A DNA stretch of 64,000 nucleotides from Pseudogymnoascus verrucosus (Eukaryota), in assembly GCA_001662655.1 (NCBI GenBank), contig KV460222.1; one strand, given 5' to 3'. Each line of letters starts with the position of its first letter. Position 1 is the first letter of the stretch. The position numbers and the translations under genes are program-made. Under the pieces are notes generated by a model. It was given only the letters and a program-made list of their open reading frames with translations. It was not told the DNA's origin and made no database searches. Below are positions 24,564 to 37,239 of this stretch, one piece after another.

Positions 24564-25616
24564 TCAATCTCTCCATTTAACAAACACCTCATCTGTCCTA
24601 AACCGCTGCGTACACGTGCTCTCCTCCAGCGGCGTGGCAAAGCCCGTCTCGTACGCCAGTAGCCCAGCATGGGCAATCATAATGCCATTATCAATGCAAA
24701 ACCGCTCATCAGTTGCAAACACACTCCCCCCCCTATCCCTCGCCATCAACCCCATCATCTCCTGCAGTCTCTCATTGCACCCCACCCCTCCCACAATCAA
24801 CACCTGACTACTGCCCACATGCGCCATCGCCCTCTCCGTAATCTCCACCAACATCGCATACACCGTTTCCTGGAGACTGAAGCACAAATCCGCCGTCGTA
24901 ATAACCTTCCCCGTAGCCTCATCCCTCGTGTCGGGATTGGTCAGCAGATTCGCGGCGAGGATATCGATACTAGCTAAGATTCCCGAAAACGAGCAATCCA
25001 TCCCTTTAACCGCATACGGCAGGTCCACCAACACACTCCCCTTCTTCGCGAGCTGCTCGATATTATACCCCGGCGCAGGGTCATTACTGATCTCCAGCGT
25101 CCGCGCGAACCGGTCTAGACAGTTGCCAACCGCAATATCGAGCGCCTCCCCAAAAATCCGATACCTTTGCTCCGCATAAGCAATAACCTGCGTGTTCCCC
25201 CCACTAACATACAACACGACCGGATTCTGCGCCCCCGTAATCTCGCGCCCCATCTCGATATGCCCAACACAGTGATTAACTCCCACAATCGGCTTATTCC
25301 ACAGAAGCGCCAGCATGCGCGCCGCGATGGCGACGGATTGCAGGGGGGCGCCCATGCCGGGGCCTTTGGTGTAGCATATGCAGTCGATGTCTGCGGGCTT
25401 GAGGCCCGATTCGGCGAGGGCACGTTTGACGAGTGACACGACGTGGGAGCGGTGGTGGAGGGCGGTGTCTTTGGGGAGGAAGCCGGAGCCGGGGGGGGAG
25501 ACGTAGGTGTGCCGGAGGTTGGAGAGGATGAGAGCGGGGGTGGTGGGGGAGGGGTGAGAGATGATGCCCACGCCGAGCTTGTTGGCGCTGCCTTCGAGGC
25601 CGATTGCGTAGCCCAT
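24564..25616 (-). CDS. KAE1: tRNA t6A threonylcarbamoyltransferase (KEOPS subunit)
   Basis: [32 protein letters not shown] and CIDNGIMIA; intronless. Confidence 0.97.
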   Translation of the reverse strand: MGYAIGLEGSANKLGVGIISHPSPTTPALILSNLRHTYVSPPGSGFLPKDTALHHRSHVVSLVKRALAESGLKPADIDCICYTKGPGMGAPLQSVAIAARMLALLWNKPIVGVNHCVGHIEMGREITGAQNPVVLYVSGGNTQVIAYAEQRYRIFGEALDIAVGNCLDRFARTLEISNDPAPGYNIEQLAKKGSVLVDLPYAVKGMDCSFSGILASIDILAANLLTNPDTRDEATGKVITTADLCFSLQETVYAMLVEITERAMAHVGSSQVLIVGGVGCNERLQEMMGLMARDRGGSVFATDERFCIDNGIMIAHAGLLAYETGFATPLEESTCTQRFRTDEVFVKWRD

Positions 25617-26039
25617 GGTTGTTTGGAGGCCCCGAGTCGGCGGGGGGAGATGGGGTGTTTGGCAGGCGGTGGGGAGGTGGGGAGGTGGATGTTGGGGGGG
25701 GTTATGTGAAGCTGGATTCTTTATTTTGAGGTGTGTCGCTGGGGTCGTTGCGGTATGTCCAAAGTGCCTTATTTAATCGATAAGATAAGGGTGCACTTTA
25801 GCTGCCGCGGGGTCAAAAAAGCTAGCCGTTTTTTTTAGTGCCTGAGGCCCGAATTTCGGGGAATGCATCCCGCCGGATGATGGGTTCGCTATCGATGGCC
25901 GTTGTGACGCTAAGTGGCACTAAGCCCCGGCCACAACAATATGTGTGTATAGCTTTGCCCATAAACCTCTGCCAGCACTCTTTTTCCCTTCTTCAGAAAT
26001 TTGCTGCAACCGGTGCCGACGAGGCTCGCATCTTCCGAA

Positions 26040-27604
26040 ATGGATGATCAGTTCTGTTCGAAGACGGAAACCTTTGCGAAATGGTTAACCCATGTCGGCG
26101 TCCAGATCAGCGCAAAGGCGCAGCTTACTGATTTGAGAGCGGATGGGAGAGGGAGGGCATTGGGTATGTGGCTTCTTTGACGTTGTTTCCCAACACGCTG
26201 CGGTTGTTGCATGCAATATGATAAAAATCCCGCTACGGGACATTATCATAATGGATTTTGTTTATAGAATTCTGGCTGACGATTTTCTCAGTCGCCAAGG
26301 GCGATTTTGCGGAAGACGAGTTGATCTTCAGCGTCCCTCGAACGAGCACCCTGAGCGTGAAAGCGGCATTACCGGAATTGCTATCGGGAAGACAGGATAT
26401 TTCCGCTGAAGATGTTGAATGTATGCCGGGTTGGGCGGTTAGTCAAATATTATGTGTTCTCTGCTCAGAAGCGTTGTGCTAACATTAACAGTCTCTGACC
26501 GCTGTCATCATCTCAGAGGGATCACGCCCAGAATCAAAATGGGCACCATATTTCAACGTCCTCCCAACGAAACTCGACAGCCTCGTCTTTTGGAGCCCCG
26601 AAGAGCTCGCCGAACTTCAAGCAAGTGCCGTTTTGAAAAAGGTCGGCAAAGACAAAGCCGAGGAAATTTTTCACCAGAGTATTTCGAAAGTGACACCCGA
26701 AGGCACCGACGTCGACATCTTTCACCGGGTTGCTTCGACTATAATGGCATATGCATTTGATATCCCTGATATCGAGCAGGAAGAAGAGGAGGGCGCAAAT
26801 GAAGACGACCTTGTCGACGATGATGAGCAAAAGACATCCCTCGCTATGATCCCTCTGGCCGACATGCTAAATGCCGATGCCGACAACAACGCGCGTCTGC
26901 ATTACGACGGAGAAGAACTGGAGATGAGAACTATAAAACCCATCAAGAACGGGGAAGAGATTTTGAACGATTACGGTCAACTGCCTCGCTCTGATCTCCT
27001 GCGCCGATACGGTTATGTGACCGACAAGTACGCTCCTTTCGATGTCGCAGAGGTTTCAACATCGACCATCACCGACCATATTTATCAAGACCTTGCAGGC
27101 GAGCTGAAGGTGTATCTTCGTGCTAGTGAGATAGAGGCGCGGCTAGAACTCGCCAGGCGGGAAGACGTATACGAGGATGCGTACGATGTCGGCCACGCCA
27201 CTGAAGAATGGCCATGCATATCTGATGAGCTTGTCGCTCTCGTTTATCTGCTTCTCGTTGGCGAAGAAACTCTTGCAGCGATCCAGTCTTCAAAGATGAG
27301 CTTGCCTTCTCGATCAAAGATGGAAACCGAATTGGTTGGCAAGGCGCTGCAACGTATCTTCGAGCGACGGGAACGAGAATACTCCACTACAGTCGCTGAA
27401 GATGAGAATCTGCTTCAAGCTGGCAACCATTCAAACCGAGTCCAAATGGCCATCCAAGTGCGAATGGGAGAGAAGGTAGTCTTAAGGGAGGCAAAAAAAG
27501 AGGCTGGAAAATTTCAAGGTGACAACAAGCGAATGCTCGGTAGGGAAAAGAGAGAGAGGGAAGACGATGAGCACGTTTCACAGAAGAAAAGCAGGCACAG
27601 ATAA
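26040..27604 (+). CDS. RKM4: SET-domain lysine methyltransferase (SETD6/Rkm4 family)
   Basis: GRGRAL|VAKGD start, MIPLADMLNA and EEILNDYGQLPRSDLLRRYGY, Rubisco-LSMT-type C-terminal domain; introns 26164-26291 and about 26438-26490. Confidence 0.85.
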
Positions 27605-27874
27605 GTTAACATTATTTTTGTGTGACAAGCTATCTCAAAGAAGACACAGGACATCCGTCTCCTGACTCATTCCATCTTGTCGCTTCTTCCACATCTCTTA
27701 TAGTTGACCGCACGCTAGAGTACATACCCTCCTCTTGGTCAGGGAGAAGGCGATCTAAAATCAACAAAAGTTCGACGCAATGCTAGCCCAAACCAGGGCA
27801 ACTCCGAGAAAAAACAATGGCCTATATACACAATCAAGACTATCCACAAGTCTGATACACCTGAGAATGTCGGA

Positions 27875-29772
27875 TCAGGTTGGTTTTTGAGAGGGCAGAG
27901 AGATCGAGGGACGGTTTCCAGGATTCGCCGCTGTACCGTTTGCGACAGGGCCGTTGGCGCCTGCGATTTCCGGGGGAGGTCGTCTGTTCCTGTCCGTGTA
28001 TGGGATGGTAGCTCTGAACTTCAACGCATTGGTGTCGTACGGATCAACATCATACATCGGAGTGTCATCATCGTCATCCTGGTCATACTTCCATCGGTCA
28101 GAGCGAGAATCAGTCGGATCTGCTGGAGGCGATGGTAGACCCCTTCTGTCAATCCACAGCCGCCCAAGACGACCGATACGCCTACGATACGAAGGCTGGC
28201 CATGTGGCTCCTCTTCTGGTGGTGGCGAGAAGCCCCGCATCTCTCTAGGTTCCAAGGCATTCTCGCATGACTCTTCGCTTACCGATGCAGGTGGTGTCAT
28301 CAGGTATTGCGTCGTGGCAAGGCGGAAGCTGGAATCTGGTGGCGGAGTGCGAGCATCGGAGAGTGGTTCTCTCGTCATGTCGATATGGTTTTGGTTCCAC
28401 CTCTGGTGTTGTTGTATCTTTGAATCGATTTCCATTTGAAGTAAGTTCTCCTTCTGGGCGAGCACATCGGACAGGAGAGTGAGGTCTGCCTCGATTGTGC
28501 GGCCATCGGTTCTGCTACTGGGAATGCGGATCTGGGTTCCAGGGGTACGTTGGAGTTGAGGCACCTCGACGGGCTTCCTCTTCTGTGGCTGTTGGACGAT
28601 GTTAGCAGGGATCCCATTACTGTCACGACAATGTAAGTCACATACCTTTTGGTTAATGAGGACTTCGTCATCGACCTTGATGCCGAGTCTCTGTCTGATC
28701 TCCTTGACCTTGCCACGTTGCTCGAAGATCGAACGATCAATGGCGAGAAGGTCTCGCTTGGCATGTTCCCTTTGCAGAGACATGAGAACAAGTTGTCGTC
28801 CATCCTCCAACTCTTTACGCAGTTTGCGTAGTTTATCCGTGACTTGGATATCTCGTGCCCTCGTCTTACGGGTCTGGCGAACATCACGGCGACGGAAGCA
28901 AACGTATGGATCTCCATCATCACTGTCCTGGTGGAGTTCAAATTTCAGAGTCGGCTGAAGTGGCCGATTGCTAGAGCATTGCCTCCTTGTCTTCCAATAA
29001 TCATAGATATCCTTGGCAAAAGCTTGAGCTTTCTTATCAACCTCCTGTTTCAAGGCAAATTCCATCATTTCAAACCCAGCCACAGTATTGTCAACTGCAG
29101 CGAATGGTGTTTGACGATCAGCGGTGGTCTCAAAGGCTTCCATGATCTTCTCGAAGTCATCCTCAGAGCATTGGCCCGTCGGGGGCTTCTTTTGGTTGTA
29201 GGCTTTGAGGAAGACATCGTCATCGGTGGTCATGTCATATTGGCAACCAGTACACTCTTCAACCGTTTGGGAGAAGCGAATGTAAGACGACGACTTGGAG
29301 AATTTGAAAGCATACAGCTCATCATAGTTGATGTCCTTGGTCTCCTCTGATGGAGGTGCTGGCACTATCTTCTTTGCTTCCTCCTTGGAGCCACGCCCGA
29401 GGGCAGCGGCCAAGGCCTCTTGGAGATGGTATTCCTATGAAAGTAAGTAAAGGTATTGAAGACATTTCCAGGAAAACTCGTGGAAAGATTGTAATATGCG
29501 CCACAACAGTTGTGGTGGGGGGAAAGGCCATAATGATATTGCCCATCGTAAAAGTGAATAATATCACGTGAGAAGGGGATTACGTATACTAAAAATAGCA
29601 AACTCACATTCTCTTCTGACTTTTCGACGCCGGTCTCGACTTTATATTGATTATCGACGAGTTCCTTGTATTCGTCCGAGTCTATTTGATCCTCACGGAT
29701 AACACTGAGGGGTTGTTTGGGTGAGAGTTTCCGGGTCCGAAAGCGCAGGCCCGGCTGAGTACTTCGCGTCAT
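27875..29772 (-). CDS. EPL1: Enhancer of polycomb-like protein 1 (NuA4/Piccolo subunit)
   Basis: RFRTRKLS, ETGVEKSEENEYHLQ, YIRFSQTVEEC, DPYVCFRRR and YRRRIGRLGRLWIDRR; introns about 29436-29607 and 28589-28645. Confidence 0.93.
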
Positions 29773-30457
29773 GACCGGCCAGGAGTGGCGAGACAAGAGC
29801 AGTGCCCAAACAGCGAAATTTCCTTAAGGACACCCAGGCAAAACTGGTGTCTTTAAAAAGCGCGTATCATCAGTTGATGGCTTAACGACTTTTTAGGTCC
29901 AAAAGTCGTGATGTTGTGGTTCTTTTGATGTTTTTGTCGTCGCGATCTGATGACTTGACGTTGGCGACGCTCCTGCTGCAAGTTTTTGTTTGGGTGCTTG
30001 GTTGTGAGGGTGATAGCACCAAGAGTGGTCTAGCGTCGAATTTGGGCAACTAGCGGATAACGGACAGATTGGTATGATTAGCCGAACCCAATATCACGAT
30101 ACAGAGATAGTTGTAATCGTGTATGTGAATGAACGTGAATTTGATGTGAATGCGCATAAATTATATCCTTTGACTCCTTTTTGAATGATCTTGTTTATTC
30201 CCCAGCAGCGCCTGTTCTATTCTTCGTAAAGGGACAAATAAAGGATACTCGGCAGAAACTACCATACTCCCCACCTTCGCGCCTGCCAGCCCGACCTCGA
30301 CTTCTCTTTACCTTACTCAGCTAGGCAGCCCCGTCATACCACCAGAGCCCCAAGCTCTCTCCACGACACACATTCTCCCACTGCGACACAGACAACACGC
30401 GATTGACTAATTCGAACCTCACCCGACTATCCACCTCGTACGAAAACATCCGCCAGG

Positions 30458-31222
30458 ATGGGCAACACCAGCAGTGCCGTCATCGAGAACATTGTGGAAG
30501 GGTCCAATTGTGCGAGCACCCCACCCCCGCCTTGGCCAGACCCCCCGATCGATTTCAAGGCTGACAACTGAGAACAATAGTCGACAGAGATGAGGTCGAC
30601 AGGCTTCGCAAGCGCTTCATGAAGCTGGACAAGGTTTTCAGCCGTGCACTTGGTCTTTCGTATCACCAGCTTACACACCCCTCCAGGACAACTCAGGCAC
30701 CATCGAGCGCGAGGAGTTCCTCAGCCTTCCCCAGATTGCCTCGAATCCCTTGGCCACCCGGTAGGCCACACATATACACACATACCAGACGAACGATAGC
30801 TGACTGATGCGCAGCCTGATTGCGATATTTGACGAGGACGGAGGCGGCGATGTCGATTTCCAAGAATTCGTGTCGGGGCTGAGCGCATTCAGTAGCAAGG
30901 GCAACAAGGAGCAGAAGCTGCGGTTCGCATTCAAGGTGTACGACATTGATCGTGATGGGTACATCAGCAACGGCGAGCTGTACATTGTGCTGAAGATGAT
31001 GGTGGGCAGCAACTTGAAGGACCAGCAACTGCAGCAGATTGTGGACAAGACGATCATGGAGGCGGATTTGGATCGGGATGGAAAGATCAGCTTTGAGGAG
31101 TTTGCGAAGATGGTGGAGAATACGGATGTCAGCATGAGCATGACCTTAGGTATGTCGTTCTGGGTGACTGTTTGTGGGGTTCTGTTGTGGACAGTGCTAA
31201 CTGGGTTGCAGACCAATTTTGA
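30458..31222 (+). CDS. CNB1: Calcineurin regulatory subunit B
   Basis: MGNTSS myristoylation start; four EF-hands ([48 protein letters not shown]); 5 exons ending LDQF*. Confidence 0.97.
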
Positions 31223-34200
31223 ACACTCTCTTCAAAAGCATAGGGATGGTTACGAAGATAATGACCTCAATATAATTCTCTTTTCACCAGTTTTGCATCA
31301 CATGCGCAGACTGGTGGACGAAGCCAATGCATCTCGATTATACAAAGTGACACGGTGGAGCGGAATAGCGTTTGGAAGAAGACTAAAAGGGAGACCTGTG
31401 TAGGTTACGTTTTTCATTTACAGAGGGAACAAGAAGCCTTGTGCTGTACCAGAAAGGGTTTCCACGCTCTTAATGTGAGCGTTTTCTTTCGGGTTCCGTG
31501 CGAGGTGTTTGCTTCGAGCTCCACAGGGCGAAAGCATCTGATATTTCCTTCTCGTTACGGGGCTCTCTTTTGAGGCTCAATTCTATCATCACAATCATCA
31601 CAACGCAAGTGTTCTATTGCCTGGGGTTTGCACAAGACCACGATACTCTCGCTATGAGCGGCCACAGACACAGGCAGGGACGCACTATTTTGAAGCCCAG
31701 GAATTGATCAACTGAACACGGCATACAAAAAAGCAAGGAGGACATCGAGCCATGGTCATATGGTGTCAAATTGCGCAATTCTCGACCATAGGGTACAAAT
31801 TTGAGCATTCATGACTCTTAACTTTCTATTGCACACTGTGATACAGGGATGATAGCGTATAGAAATGATAGACCTACCTGTGGTTTGCGTGGGAGATGAC
31901 AGCTCTAAATTTCGCGGCGAGGCCAAGATATTTTTGCACGCAAAAAGTGATACTTCTGTACGGTCTACACGACTAAGTTTGTGACGCTTCAGCATTGTCG
32001 ACTGGACAAGTTCGTGTACTCCGGCATTGTCGATATGGCCAGGCCATTGATGATAAGTACAGGTCGAACACCGTCTTGCTATTTTTGTCTGGGTATATAG
32101 ATATAGTACAAGGTATTGTACGCCCGACTTGAAGTCCCACAATGCCATCCCGCTGCAATCCAGACTGAAACCGGGGCGGTGCAGAATCTCAGCGATCAGA
32201 CGTCGAAGCTATTGGCACCGCGGGTAGGGTAAAGAGTACATGTACACCACATCAGTTTTCTAGAAGCCTAGATCGAAGTCCGACCTGTATCGTGCATATA
32301 TGTATCACAGTCTTTTGCTCGGACAATTCATTAGGTTCAGTGTGGCTGAAACCGGGAGAATCCCTCCCCACGCGTCTGGCGTGACGTATTATCTTTACCA
32401 GAGATAGGCAGATCTCCTGACGGGATGCCCTTGCATGAGAGTGCGGAAGGGATTGTGCGAATAGTATTTGGAATGCGCGATGCAAAATGTGAAATGTGAG
32501 ATGCGCCAGGTGTCAGCGTCATGCCGAGACTGAGGCGGCAAGGGCTAGGCCTGTGAAGGGATGCGGATGCGAACACCGGCAGACCGGCAGGGCGTAAGTC
32601 ATGTCTCTACTATGCCTGTAGCCTGTAACAGTGACCATTATCGCGGGTTCTGGTGATCAGTCAACCCAGATGACGGGGAATCTTCAGGGCCAGAACTCGA
32701 GGGGAGATGTGGTGGTTGTCGAAGTAAGGGATAGGAAGTTCAGGCACTTTACATGGGAGCGGACGGGCGGACTATTACTTTCTCGACGCTTTTATCCACA
32801 CATCGGATGAAATAACTTGGAAAATAACTAGGACGCAAATATCCGTCAGAATATATGAGACACGCAGCCTTAAATTGTCCGGGCATCAACACATCACATC
32901 GCCGGCGCGGAAGCCATATGCGCGGTCCAGAGCACACCACTCTGGAGCTCGCATACACAGCGCAATAATAGGCCTGTGAAGTAGTAGAGTAGTCAACTTC
33001 GGATATGATGGAAGAAGGCCCGCATCTCCTTCGGCAGGCCCACTCAGCTTCCAGGCGTGCAGATGAAATGCACCTGCGATTCTGAGACATGGCTGGGAAG
33101 TAGCCGCTTCTAGAAGGAAACGCACCTTGCGTTAACGAGCGCATAGGCTGGTATAGGCCGGTAACAGGCTGGTACACCTGGCAAGGGGGTATGATCTGCG
33201 GGAGGCATTTTCATCTTCATGCATCCATGCAAAAAGTAGGTACTTGTATACCCATTTCGACTTGTTATTCATAAAAAGGGGCGTCAGCCAACAGTCACAG
33301 GGGTGCTGCATAAAAGCTCAAATGGGCGGTGAGTATACCCATATACTCAAGGATTGTTATAATATCTTGATATTGATCTCTTCAAGGACACTCACTGGAA
33401 AGAGTCTCGACAATCAACGAGTGAACAGCGCCTACTCGTATACCGCAAACTAAAGTAATCGCCGTGTCTTGACGCTCCGACATGTCACATTGCTGTTATG
33501 TACTGTAGATCGCGGGGTCTAAATTTAGCGTTGCATTATCGCCAGGTGTGGGGAAAGATCCCCTGAAAACAACAAAAGTGCCGAATTCGGTATTTCCGTA
33601 CGTCCCCTATAATGCACTAATGCTTCTATGGGCAAATAATCATCCCGACGCCATCCAAAGTAGGCGTTTAAGGCTGCATAGGGGATAGATGTGGCATAGT
33701 TTGCTCCGAAATAACATTACTCGTTAATCTCATGCGTCAATGGGACTAGGACTATGAGTATGCATACTCCCATTGACATGTTTCGTCGTTTCGTTGAAAC
33801 AGGCCCTATCCTATGGGCCCTGTTCCCTGCCCCCTGCCCCTTCGCCAACAATCCGCCCTCATGTCATCACCGAACTTTTGTCGTTTACATCGGCCAGATT
33901 CGGTTCCCAGAAAATATAGCGCTGTGATTATTGCACTCGAAGTCTCTATAACTGGCGCGCTTATGGGCCAATTTAACTACTGGAGTAGTGCTCGCCACTA
34001 GCTTCAGCTCCTCCACTGAGATCGATGGGTAGCGCGTATGTATGGACCAAAGATATTGCACCACAGGCCTCACAATGTAATAACACCTGAATGTTAATGC
34101 CCTTCTTCCGTGTTCCCTGCCTTGTTTTGCCCTCCTCCCGAAAATCCTCTAGCCTGCCTCAGATCACCAAGCACGCTCGGCCTTTCCTCATTTGTCCCTG

Positions 34201-34858
34201 CGCCGACGTTGTTGTTGTCTATTTTACGGCTCCTCGTCTGCCTATGCCGCTGTCTTCGCCATCGATGCATAAATCTCATTGTCCCTCGCGTCCCTTGCGT
34301 CACTCTGTAGATTCCCTTTTTAACTTTCGTCCCATCTTTCCGTCTCCGAGACCTTCCTTCCCTGTCCGATCGCCCCGCTTTCGTTCCATTCTCACATCTC
34401 AATCACTTCTGGCGCCTCGCAAGGAGGCGTTAAGGCTACAATCTAACTTTCTGGCTGCGCTAATCTCCATTTCGGTGTCATCTATTCGTCCAAAATCTTC
34501 TTCTCTTTGCAATCTTTCTGTTTCTTCGGCTTTGTCATTTTCCCCTTGCGTCGCTCATCGTCTACAGCACTGCACACACGCACACATTTACTGTCTGATC
34601 GTCAACTGCCAGTCTAGGATGCCAGCAGCCGGTAAAGCACCTATGCTTTGGAATAACACATGATATTTTTGACCTCCCCTTCATCCACGCCCTTCATAAA
34701 AGCTTGGCCCTCGGCCTCCAGAGTATATAAGAAGGTCTTGAGACATACCCAAGGCCACCAAAGATCGCTCGGGAAATTCTTTATTTGATATCGCGCCATT
34801 ATCAGTGCAATACTGGGTCAATTCATGATATAAGTCCTCCAGGGAAACTAGTAGGGGC

Positions 34859-36038
34859 ATGGATGGCCATGGCCCAACGCGGAGGCAAAACGAGCCACGC
34901 CAATATGCAAGTTCGGGCGACAGATTTGCGCCGTCACAAGACTCGGGGCGTAGCTTCTCAGATGAGCTGGCTGCGAGACGTCGACAGCCAGCTGTCGCTG
35001 GCCCAGGCTCATCGTCTCAGAGGAATGCACTATCAAACTACAGTTTCTATGCTGCGCACGAACCTTCATTTACCGCCGTATCATCAGTTGATCAGATGAC
35101 ATATCAGACCGAGTATGCTCAGGAACCTCGTCAGCAGCAAACCAGTTATGCTTCCTACGACTCAAACCTGACTTATGGAATGGGCCAACAGCCTCTGGGG
35201 GGGCTAATGTATGAGAGCTCTCAGCAATTTAATCAGCAACAATCGGCTGCCGGCCAGGTACTATCAAATACCAATCCTTTCTATCCAACCGAGTCAATGG
35301 CAAATCAAATTCACTCCGGCATATATCCAGGACCTGCTGGCAGCATTGGGTTGCCTCAAACACGTCAGGAAAGCACTGGTGGGCCAGAAATTTCTGCGAC
35401 TATTGACCACGGATATCGACGGTGCAGCGCTGATCTTGGTCAAATATTTCAAAATATTTCCGACGGCAGGCTCGCAGTGGCAGGCCAATTGCTTTCATCC
35501 TTTTCCGAATGGCTAATCTCTCACGTCGAAGATATGGGTACGTCTCCCTGCCAGAGTTTTTTTTGTCATGACCTCCGTTAATATGATTTGTGTGCGCAGA
35601 GCTCACTGTAGACGATACGGCCCAGGAAGAAGTTCGCTCAAAATTATGGGACGATTTCAATAATGCGTGGCTTGCGTTGATGCACAAGCAAATGACTTTA
35701 ACAAGGGGATTGCTCGAGGCTGGTATCACTTTGCAGCAGCCACAGCTAATGACAGCCGAAGTCATCAGCAAAATATGCACCGACCTCCTCAAGTTAGATG
35801 ATGAATACCTTGAGAAGCATGGTTTAATAAACTATCAATATGGAGTTTTAGAGGATCAGATAATAGAGAGTAAGTCGATTTGGAATATGTTGAAGCTTAA
35901 CTTATATTTTTTATACAATCTGATTATAATTTAGGCGCGATTATATGTTTGGATATTTTGGAAAATTATGGTTCACAGCAAGAAGGTCAGCAGATACTAT
36001 CTATACGAGGGCAAGTATTAACATCTCGCCCAGGTTAA
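34859..36038 (+). CDS. Hypothetical protein with Q/Y/S-rich low-complexity N-terminus and helical C-terminal domain
   Basis: Three exons (introns about 35538-35599 and 35869-35934) give ...FSEWLISHVEDMELTVDD...LWDDFNNAWLAL...GLINYQYGVLEDQIIE...CLDIL; preceded by a long CT-rich leader. Confidence 0.7.
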
Positions 36039-37239
36039 TTTTGTAGTTCTTGCGGATGTTGTTGTTATTGGGATTCTGACTTTCGACACTGGGTTGGTGT
36101 CAAGTCCGGGCATTTGAACCTTAGAATTGAAGCACAACAGTTTTCCTTTGTAACATCGGCAATTTTTTTTGGGTACGCAAATGTTTGATTATGGCAATTG
36201 TTTTGATATTTATTGTTACGACTCTTTCTGGATATTTTGGTCAGGAGGGGATACATGCACTGGTGGAAGGTGCTTCATAAAAGACGGGATGCCTAGGAAT
36301 AGCCCGTTTTCTTTCTTTATTATGTCATATATACCTTGGTCTCACGGCCCTTCAGATACTGCAGCTTAGAAATAGACGGGGAATAATAAATTGTTTATCA
36401 ACGTTTAAATAGGCACCCAAACTCGGAGGGACCTTCCGAGACCCAATTTGGCCCGGCAGCTCGGGCTCGGATGGTGGAATGATTCTCATCCGTGGGCCAG
36501 CCATTTTAACTTATTCGTATGCCTTATATGCATGAGAGCACATAGGCGACTATAAATTGTTCCCTGCATTGCCTTTGCCAAATATATCACCCTTGCTCCG
36601 CAACCTCCCCTGTAACTAGGCGCGTTGTAACAGAATCAGACTCGTTATTCTGGCGTCTGATTTTCTGCCATTTTCGACATATAAACGGAGAAAAAGGAAA
36701 AATATTCCGGTGCATTGTCTCTGTTAATTAAGAGAGAGGGTGGAAGGTCTGTGTCTCTGAAAAGTTACCGGGTGTGTGCTTTGAATATGGATTTGGCTGG
36801 CATAGGGACCAGGCCCTCGTAAGTGCTATATTGTTCGAAGATAGCCAATTAGAGCTTGAGAGCCCCCGGGGTCTGTATGATAATGGAACTGCGAGCGTAA
36901 GAGTTACATTTAATACTTGGCGCTTCCAACACAAGATGGGATATGGGCGCTCGTTGGAGGATGTAGTGATATATGATTATAAATCCCATGCCTATCCTGT
37001 CTCTTAGAGTTGGCCTGGATGCTGGTCATTTGAACTTCATGAAGGTTATGGCATACAATCTGGGCGTTAAAATACCAAATCAAGACTTGAGATAACCTGG
37101 CACAGGAGCCTTTTGTCAGGCAGATCAGCTCCAATAACCAGACCTACCCCAAGCACCAAAATTCGATGAAGTAGAAATGGTAAATTCTATATTTCGTGAG
37201 TGTACAGATATAATACAATACATGGCAACAGCCCCACAA

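Noticed and set aside
34619..34858. Possible upstream mini-exon ATGCCAGCAGCCG|GTAAAG for the hypothetical gene
   Set aside because: No convincing branch site, and splicing to the nearest AG is out of frame with the main ORF.
36540..37120. Hairpin at about 36631-36667 and a 77-aa ORF (36774-37007) between the hypothetical gene and MRPS9
   Set aside because: Isolated short stem, and a GTG-start ORF without recognisable homology or splice structure.
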